Shown piece after piece: positions 57,291 through 64,000 of a stretch of 64,000 nucleotides of DNA. The DNA is from Mycoplasmatota bacterium (lineage in GTDB: Bacteria; Bacillota_I; Bacilli_A; MAG-NZ): positions 1,148,615 to 1,212,614 of the forward strand of contig CP074575.1 in NCBI GenBank assembly GCA_018394315.1, in the 5' to 3' direction. Each line of letters opens with the position of its first letter. The first letter of the stretch is position 1. Made by a program: the position numbers and the translations under genes. A model generated the notes under the pieces. That model had not been told where the DNA came from and made no database searches. It was given only the letters and a program-made list of their open reading frames with translations.

Positions 57291-58058
57291 CTAAAGGTTA
57301 CTCTTTATTTTTTTTCCGATAGTAGCTATATAAACTACGAACTGATTCTCACCATCAAGCCCCAGAATTCTATTTATTTCATTATCATCATATGCTGCAA
57401 CTGCGCATACACCTGAGTCAATCGACTCAGCTGCTAAATATAAATTCTGGCAGACATGTCCAGCATCTAACAATGCATAACGGTAACTTCTTTCTTTATA
57501 TCTCCATATTGTTTTATAAATATCTGCAACCCAAATGAACGCTACAGAACTTTTAGCAACAAAACTTTGTTTCAAGCAAGCATTTGCTATAATAACACTA
57601 ATATTAGAGTTATCTGTCAGTTGTATTAGTTTATGCTTTGATGCAATATATCTATATAATCCCGACTCTAACTCTTTTACATTATTAATCAATAACACCG
57701 TTTCTAAAGGATGTCTTGCACCAGCAGAAGGAACGGTTCTTAATGTTATTTTGTATGTAGGCGTACGATTTATAATTTCTTTAACTCCCTGAGTACACCA
57801 TAACAAATATGAAAGTTCTTGTAAGTTCAATGAGTTTTTACTATAATGTCTTACACTCCTTCGTTCTTCAATTAATTCCTTAATATTGGTGTTATTAAGG
57901 TTAATAAGAGCAGGATCTGGTAAATCAATCATAGTTTTAGATACGTCATAGGGCATATCAATAGAAGGAGATGCGATTCCTACTTCCTGATCTGAATCAT
58001 ATGTCGAATAATCATATTTAGTAAATTCAATAAATTTCTTTCCTATATTCTTCTCCAT
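57291..58058 (-). CDS. SagB/ThcOx-type nitroreductase-family flavoprotein
   Basis: RRSVR, LS.LLW..QG, RTVPSAGARHPLE and DAGH.CQNLYL motifs. Confidence 0.88.
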   Translation of the reverse strand: MEKNIGKKFIEFTKYDYSTYDSDQEVGIASPSIDMPYDVSKTMIDLPDPALINLNNTNIKELIEERRSVRHYSKNSLNLQELSYLLWCTQGVKEIINRTPTYKITLRTVPSAGARHPLETVLLINNVKELESGLYRYIASKHKLIQLTDNSNISVIIANACLKQSFVAKSSVAFIWVADIYKTIWRYKERSYRYALLDAGHVCQNLYLAAESIDSGVCAVAAYDDNEINRILGLDGENQFVVYIATIGKKIKSNL

Positions 58059-58238
58059 TGTATCACTCCTTTTTCTCTTAATTATATCATACCAAACTAG
58101 TGAATTTTCGTAAGTAATATTATGCTTATAAATAGTATTATTAATACTCTTTATCTATTAATTCTTAAAAAGATGTGTGTCATACCAATAACCAACCTTA
58201 TTAAAGTATATAAGAAGTCATTTATCATTAGGAACTAC

Positions 58239-58288
58239 TTGAGTTATAGAAGGTTACTAGGTATAATATCCCCATACGGGGGATATTA
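58239..58288 (+). promoter_or_regulatory. Promoter with CsoR/RcnR-type operator
   Basis: TTGAGT-17-TATAAT overlapped by TAATATCCCC-ATACG-GGGGATATTA (C/G tracts flanked by AT, typical of this repressor family). Confidence 0.75.
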
Positions 58289-58306
58289 ATTTGCTAGGAG
58301 GTTTGT

Positions 58307-59686
58307 GTGAGAAGAGTGAAGGAAATAATTTATGAGAAGAGATTTTTACTAGATAGAAATAAGATCAAAATCGTATTGGCGTTAGCTATACCTGCTATGA
58401 TTGAAAATGTACTTCAAGTGTTTATTGGAGTGGTAGATACTTATTTTGTAAGTAAAATAGGAACTGAAGCAATAGCTGGTGTTGGTATTACAAATTTAAT
58501 TATGAACGTTTATATCGCGTTTTTTATTGCGATAGGAGTTGGTACAACAGCGATAGTCGCGAGAAGTATTGGAACTGGTGATACAAGTTCTGCAAATAAT
58601 TCTGTTAAGCAGTCGATGATAATTGCAATCATTATAGGTTTAATATCAGGGGTTATAAATTTGATTTTTTCCAAAAGATTATTTATGATTCTTAAGGCGG
58701 AACAAAATATCATTCAGTATGCTCTCCCATATTTTTTAATCGTAGCTGTTCCATCAGTGTTCTTAAGTGTAATGATGGTTCTTTCGAGCTCTCTACGCGG
58801 TGGAGGAGATACTAAAACGCCTATGAAGGTAGGCCTAATTGCGAACATAATTAACGCAGTGCTAGATTATGTATTGATTTTTGGGATACTAGGGTTTAGC
58901 GGAATAGGAATTGTAGGTGCCGCCTTAGCTACCACGGTATCTAGAGTCGTAGGAGTAATTATTTTACTAGTAAAACTTAATAATAAGAGAACTAAGTTAA
59001 CAGTTAAATTATTCAGTAAGTGGAAAATAGACTTAAAGGCTATGAAGTCTATAATAAGGATAGGATTACCAGCGGGAATTGAAAAACTTATTATGAGGTT
59101 TGGTCAATTGGTATATAGTGGTATGATTATAAAAATAGGAACAAGCGCTTATGCAGCTCACAATATAGCTGGTACTATAGAGAGTTTTTCATATTTACCT
59201 GGCTTTGGATTCGCAATTGCTGCATCTACATTAGTTGGGCAAAATCTAGGAGCAAAAAAATCTAAAGACGCACAAGAATATGCTTTGATATCAAATGTTC
59301 TCTCTACTGTTTTCATGATGGCAGTTGGAGTTATTTTTTATGTTTTTGCACCTTTTTTAGCAGGAATTTTCACGAAGGATGAAGAAGTATTAATTCTAGT
59401 TGTTAGTGTTTTAAGAATAATAGCATTACTGCAGCCGTTTTTAAGTATAACTTTTGTAATAACATCAGCCCTACAGGGAGCTGGAGATACAAAATTCCCT
59501 ATGTATTCTACTTTAATAGGAATTTGGGGTGTTAGGGTAATTGGAGTATATCTATTGGGAATTGTACTAGAGATGGGATTGGTAGGAGTTTGGATTGCTT
59601 ATGGATTTGATATTTTTATAAGGGGAATAATTCTAATGAGTAGATTTTTAAATGGAAAATGGAAGGAAATTCGTATTGAAACATAA
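58307..59686 (+). CDS. MATE-family efflux transporter
   Basis: LAIPAM.E, VD..FV..IG, RG.GDTKTPM, G..GAALAT and QG.GDT..PM motifs; about 12 TM segments. Confidence 0.92.
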   Translation: MRRVKEIIYEKRFLLDRNKIKIVLALAIPAMIENVLQVFIGVVDTYFVSKIGTEAIAGVGITNLIMNVYIAFFIAIGVGTTAIVARSIGTGDTSSANNSVKQSMIIAIIIGLISGVINLIFSKRLFMILKAEQNIIQYALPYFLIVAVPSVFLSVMMVLSSSLRGGGDTKTPMKVGLIANIINAVLDYVLIFGILGFSGIGIVGAALATTVSRVVGVIILLVKLNNKRTKLTVKLFSKWKIDLKAMKSIIRIGLPAGIEKLIMRFGQLVYSGMIIKIGTSAYAAHNIAGTIESFSYLPGFGFAIAASTLVGQNLGAKKSKDAQEYALISNVLSTVFMMAVGVIFYVFAPFLAGIFTKDEEVLILVVSVLRIIALLQPFLSITFVITSALQGAGDTKFPMYSTLIGIWGVRVIGVYLLGIVLEMGLVGVWIAYGFDIFIRGIILMSRFLNGKWKEIRIET

Positions 59687-59704
59687 GGTTAAGGAGGATT
59701 TTAT

Positions 59705-59971
59705 ATGTCAGATCACCCACATTGGAAGCAGATTGTCAATAGAATGGCAAGGATAGTAGGTCATGCAAATGCCGTGAAAAGAATGTGTGAAGAGAAAAAG
59801 GAATGTACTGAGATTCTTATACAAATTGCTGCAGTAAGAGCTGCTCTAAATAATGTAGGAAAATTAATTTTAGAAGATCACATTAATCATTGTGTAATAG
59901 AGGCAGTTGAAAATAATGACAAATTAGCTCTTGATAATCTTCAAGACGCGATTAATAAGTTTATCAAATAG
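59705..59971 (+). CDS. CsoR/RcnR-family metal-sensing repressor
   Basis: NRMARI.GH...V.RM.E....C.EIL.QIAAV...L...ILEDH..HC; N-terminal His residues. Confidence 0.9.
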   Translation: MSDHPHWKQIVNRMARIVGHANAVKRMCEEKKECTEILIQIAAVRAALNNVGKLILEDHINHCVIEAVENNDKLALDNLQDAINKFIK

Positions 59972-60039
59972 TTAAAGTCTTGCTAGATGAATTTTATAAG
60001 ATAACAAAAAAGAGGAAACATTTATGCTTCCTCTCTTTA

Positions 60040-60681
60040 TTAACATATTTCTCCAGAAATGTAATCAATATCTAATTTGTATTTCTCACATGCAATAATT
60101 GCAGCTTTTATGCCTTCTAGAAGAGTTTCAATGGAAAAAGAAGCGATATTTCTTTTGTTCACCACTTGTTCATGTAAGTAGGGGATATGGATAAACCCTG
60201 CCCGAATATTTAAATTGTTTTTATTTATGTAATTTAATACACCATACATTAAGTTATTACATACATAAGTTCCAGCGGTATTTGAAATTGAAGCAGGAAC
60301 ACCGATATTATTAATTTCTTTTACAATTCCCCTAATTGGTAATGTTGAAAAATACGCAGCAGGTCCATTATTATCGATGGGAATATTTTTAGGTTGATTA
60401 GATTCATTATCAGAGATTGATGCATCGTTAATGTTAATGGCTATTCTTTCTGGTGTGATAGAGTATCTTCCACCTGCTTGACCGATATTGATAATTACAT
60501 CAGGCTCGATCTCTTTGATTTTACCGGTTGTTACGCTTATAGCTTTTTGGAAAACTGTTGGAACTTCCAATTTAAAAATCTGAATATTTTCTATTTTATT
60601 AGGTAATTTCTTAATCACTTCAAATGCTGGATTAATACTTTCTCCCCCAAAAGGGTCAAAGCCTGTAACTAGTACTTTCAT
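60040..60681 (-). CDS. pcp: Pyroglutamyl-peptidase I
   Basis: LVTGFDPFGGE..NP, GQAGGR, ER.AIN, AGTYVCN and GFIHIP motifs. Confidence 0.95.
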   Translation of the reverse strand: MKVLVTGFDPFGGESINPAFEVIKKLPNKIENIQIFKLEVPTVFQKAISVTTGKIKEIEPDVIINIGQAGGRYSITPERIAININDASISDNESNQPKNIPIDNNGPAAYFSTLPIRGIVKEINNIGVPASISNTAGTYVCNNLMYGVLNYINKNNLNIRAGFIHIPYLHEQVVNKRNIASFSIETLLEGIKAAIIACEKYKLDIDYISGEIC

Positions 60682-60921
60682 TGGTTTCACCTCGCTTTAT
60701 ATTTTAAATAGAAATATAATAAAGTGCAAGGTTTAGATTAGATATTGGTTTCTTTACATAAATTTTTTGGAATAATTCTAAACGGTTTCTATTGTGTAAC
60801 CATTTTTCATAATTTTATGAAGACTAAGTAAATAAAATTATTAGAATATCGTTTTTTAAGCATAATAAACTATGCTATAATATTCATTGTAAAAATCTTT
60901 AGGTCTAAAGGAGTAATAAAT

Positions 60922-62355
60922 ATGTTTAAGAATATCGAAGAAATGATTAATTATTGTGAGAACGAGAGAGTTGAAATAATTGATCTTAAAGTTGTTGATA
61001 TGAAAGGAAGATGGCATAGACTCTCTATTACTAACAAAAAATTAACTAATGAGATTATGAAAAAAGGAATAGGATTTGATGGATCAAGTTACGGTTTTCT
61101 TACTGTAGAAAAATCGGATATGGTTATGATTCCTGATGTTGAGTCTGCTTACATTGATTGTCATAAGGAACATAAAACAATTGTTTGTATTGCTAACGTT
61201 TATGTAATCAACGGACAAGATTTAATTCGTTTTGAAGATGACCCGAGATTTATAGCCGAGAAGGCTGAAAAATTTATGATTGAAAATGATATTGCAGATA
61301 CTTGTTTACTCGGTCCAGAATTTGAGTTTTTCGTGCTAGATCATGTTTCATTTAGAAATACAAATCAACACATGGAAGTTAAATTAAATTCAGAGCAAGC
61401 AAATTGGAATATGGATGATGACTCTAAACAAAATATTGGTTTCAAAGTTCCTCATCAAGGTGGTTACCATTTAGATTCTCCATTTGATCATAGTTATGAG
61501 TTTAGAACTGAAGTTGCGCTTCAAGCTGAGAAAATCAATATTCCGATTAAGTATCACCATTCAGAGAACGGTGGTCCAGGTCAAGTAGAAATAGAAGTTA
61601 ACTTTGCAGGCATCAAAGAAATGGGAGACCGTTCATTAAAACTAAAAAATTTACTAAATTTAACTGCTGTTAAAATGCATAAGACCGTTACTTTCATGCC
61701 TAAACCTTTTGTTGATGAGTGTGGGAGTGGTCTTCATGTTCACATTCAATTGACAAAAAACGGTGAATATATCATGTATGATAAGGATGGGTATTCAGGT
61801 TTATCTGAATTAGCACACTATGCGATTGGTGGTATTTTAAAACACGCTAAAGCTATCACTGCTATAACAAATCCTTCAACTAATTCATATAAAAGGTTAG
61901 TGCCAGGGTATGAAGCACCCGTGACGATAGGTTTTGCAACTGCTAATAGAAGTGCTGTAATTAGAATTCCGGGTTACACTATTACTGCTGATGAAAAACG
62001 TTTCGAGTTACGTAGTCCAGATGCAACTGCAAATCCCTACTTAGCATATTCAGCTATTATGATGGCTGCATTTGATGGAATTATTAACAAGATTGATCCT
62101 GTTAAAGAAGGCTTTGGACCATATGATTTCAATTTATACACTTTAACAGAAGAAGAACAAAAGAGCATTGATAGTTTACCAACTACACTTCTTGAGGCTG
62201 CTAAAGCACTAGAAGATGATCATGAATTCTTACTTGCTGGAGGGGTGTTTACTGAAAATATCATCAAAAATCATATTACTAGAATTAAGAATGAGTTTTA
62301 TTTAGTAAATAAATTGCCTCACCCAGTTGAATTTGAACTTTATTACAATTTATAA
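60922..62355 (+). CDS. glnA: Glutamine synthetase type I
   Basis: FDGSS, GPEFEF, TFMPKP, GSGLH.H, NSYKRLVPGYEAP, NRSA.IRIP and E.RSPD..ANPYLA motifs. Confidence 0.96.
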   Translation: MFKNIEEMINYCENERVEIIDLKVVDMKGRWHRLSITNKKLTNEIMKKGIGFDGSSYGFLTVEKSDMVMIPDVESAYIDCHKEHKTIVCIANVYVINGQDLIRFEDDPRFIAEKAEKFMIENDIADTCLLGPEFEFFVLDHVSFRNTNQHMEVKLNSEQANWNMDDDSKQNIGFKVPHQGGYHLDSPFDHSYEFRTEVALQAEKINIPIKYHHSENGGPGQVEIEVNFAGIKEMGDRSLKLKNLLNLTAVKMHKTVTFMPKPFVDECGSGLHVHIQLTKNGEYIMYDKDGYSGLSELAHYAIGGILKHAKAITAITNPSTNSYKRLVPGYEAPVTIGFATANRSAVIRIPGYTITADEKRFELRSPDATANPYLAYSAIMMAAFDGIINKIDPVKEGFGPYDFNLYTLTEEEQKSIDSLPTTLLEAAKALEDDHEFLLAGGVFTENIIKNHITRIKNEFYLVNKLPHPVEFELYYNL

Positions 62356-62362
62356 ATATTTT

Positions 62363-62393
62363 AGAGTATTCGAGTTTTTGAATGCTCTTTTTT
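62363..62393 (+). terminator. Intrinsic terminator
   Basis: AGAGTATTC...GAATGCTCT plus a T run. Confidence 0.65.
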
Positions 62394-62460
62394 CTTGATT
62401 AAACAATTTATTTATTATATCTTAATTTTTTGTGTGATATAATTTTTTAGAGGTGTTTGT

Positions 62461-64000
62461 ATGAGAGATGAATTGAAGTATTTAATAATGTTAAGTAAAA
62501 ATTTTCCGACAATACAAAGTGCATATACGGAAATTATAAACTTGAATGCAATCTTGAACTTACCTAAGGGAACAGAGCATTTTATAACAGATTTGCATGG
62601 TGCTTATGATGCGTTTTCTCATTTCGTTAAAAATGGTTCTGGTGTAATCTCGGCTAAGATAGATGATGTTTATGGTAATGATTTGAGTGGGCAAGATAAG
62701 AGAAGATTAGCAATTTTAATTATATATCCTGAATTAATGATTGAAAAATATAATAATTTACTAAACTTAGAAGAGTTTAACAATTTTGTACGACAAAATC
62801 TTGTACATTTAATTGATATTTGTAGACATGTATCAACTAAGTATACAAAAAGTAAAGTAAGAAAAGCTTTACCTAAAGAATTCGCTTATATAATAGAAGA
62901 ATTATTATATGAATCATCAAAGGAGAATAAGCAGTATTACTATAAATCAATAATTAATAAGATGATAGAACTAGATAGGGGAGTTTATTTTATATATGCT
63001 CTTTCTAAGGTTATTCAAAGATTGACTATTGATCATTTACACATAGTTGGTGATATATTTGATAGAGGTCCGCATCCGGAAAAGATTATTGATTCATTGA
63101 TTGGGTATCACAAAGTAGATATTCAATGGGGAAACCATGATATTTTATGGATGGGAGCTGCATCTGGAAGTGAGTTATGTATTGCTAATGTTATAAGAGT
63201 CACAGCTCGCTATAATTATCTAAATGTACTAAACGATGGTTATGGAATAAACCTACTTCCTTTAGTTAAACTTGCTCAGAAGTATTATTTAAAAGATTAC
63301 AACAATTTCTACCCTAAGAGTGAAATTCAAAGTGACGATTTAGATTTAGTAGCTAAGATTCATAAGGCTATTAGCATTATTCAATTTAAACTAGAATATG
63401 ACGTTTTTAAACGAAATCCTGAATTTAAACTAGAATCAAGATTATTGCTTGATAAAATAAATTATGATGATTATACAATCAAAATTAATGGAGTAACTCA
63501 TAAGTTAAATTCTAAAGATTTTCCAACAATTAATCCTAATAAACCATTTGAATTGAACGAAGAAGAATTAGATGTAGTAAATAAACTTAAAATTGGATTT
63601 ATGAAAAATGAAAAGCTGAACAAACACACCAAATTCTTATTCAGTAATGGCTCAATGTATAAGATACACAATGGGAATTTCTTGATACATGGTTGTATTC
63701 CATTAGATGCAGATGGTAGTTTATCATTACTTAGAATTGATGGTAAAAACCATATGGGAAGATCATTGTTGGATAAGTTGGAAGAAAAGATCAAATCAGC
63801 ATATTTTGATAATTCTGCTGATCATCGTAATGATTATTTTGTTTATTTATGGCAAGGATTTGCATCTCCATTATTTGGAAAAAGCGAAATGAAAACTTTT
63901 GAAAGATATTTTATTGATGATGACTCAACATGGGTTGAGGAAAACAACTCATATTTCAACTTAAGAGAAGAGGAATATATTTTAGAAAATATATTTCAAG
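62461..64000 (+). CDS. fbp: Fructose-1,6-bisphosphatase class III, 3'-truncated (absent from the ORF track)
   Basis: Translated by hand: MRDELKYL..LSK.FP....AYTEIINL.AILNLPKGTEHF.TDLHG, GDIFDRGP, QWGNHD, HGCIP and SPLFGK..M.TFERYF; SD GAGGTG. Confidence 0.92.
   Translation, partial: MRDELKYLIMLSKNFPTIQSAYTEIINLNAILNLPKGTEHFITDLHGAYDAFSHFVKNGSGVISAKIDDVYGNDLSGQDKRRLAILIIYPELMIEKYNNLLNLEEFNNFVRQNLVHLIDICRHVSTKYTKSKVRKALPKEFAYIIEELLYESSKENKQYYYKSIINKMIELDRGVYFIYALSKVIQRLTIDHLHIVGDIFDRGPHPEKIIDSLIGYHKVDIQWGNHDILWMGAASGSELCIANVIRVTARYNYLNVLNDGYGINLLPLVKLAQKYYLKDYNNFYPKSEIQSDDLDLVAKIHKAISIIQFKLEYDVFKRNPEFKLESRLLLDKINYDDYTIKINGVTHKLNSKDFPTINPNKPFELNEEELDVVNKLKIGFMKNEKLNKHTKFLFSNGSMYKIHNGNFLIHGCIPLDADGSLSLLRIDGKNHMGRSLLDKLEEKIKSAYFDNSADHRNDYFVYLWQGFASPLFGKSEMKTFERYFIDDDSTWVEENNSYFNLREEEYILENIFQ

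Noticed and set aside
57291..58058. SagB-type dehydrogenase as part of an azole RiPP cluster
   Set aside because: No YcaO cyclodehydratase or precursor peptide nearby; stand-alone members of this family are common.
1035..63892. Numerous short antisense or overlapping ORFs in the ORF track (e.g. 4952..5275, 8938..9381, 16177..16563, 43120..43527, 63498..63794)
   Set aside because: They are shadows of well-supported genes on the other strand or frame, with no SD or family motifs.

Overview
Low-GC (roughly 30% by eye) bacterial chromosome segment. It uses the standard code (TGA = stop) and has Bacillota/Bacilli-type signals: SD GGAGG, TTGACA/TATAAT promoters, a T-box and an FMN riboswitch. The window is gene-dense with metabolic and accessory genes; I saw no prophage, transposase, rRNA, tRNA or CRISPR array. 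Gene order: partial luxE-like and luxC-like genes; dhaKL divergent from a sugar ABC / M42 hydrolase / FGGY kinase / BtpA-SgcQ / LacI cluster; a tyrosine phenol-lyase-like gene behind a T-box with a Tyr (UAC) specifier; ppaX-like HAD; FMN riboswitch with ribD-ribE-ribBA-ribH; LuxR/hydrolase and PadR/SDR modules; an LTA synthase-family gene; yedF/DUF3343/TudS-like genes; mrp and a DUF134/NifX/ferredoxin-ATPase operon; ku plus an ATP-dependent ligase and putative dormancy genes; MocR regulator with an ECF S component; a three-subunit molybdenum hydroxylase; an ABC exporter pair; TetR with a PD40 lipoprotein; a nitroreductase; MATE with a CsoR-family gene; pcp; glnA; partial class III fbp. Two things stand out. 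(1) A normally catabolic tyrosine phenol-lyase-type enzyme is wired to be induced by tyrosine starvation, which suggests tyrosine synthesis from phenol. (2) An SgcX/SgcQ-like sugar catabolic pathway of unknown substrate. All family calls come from motif recognition by eye; no database searches were run.
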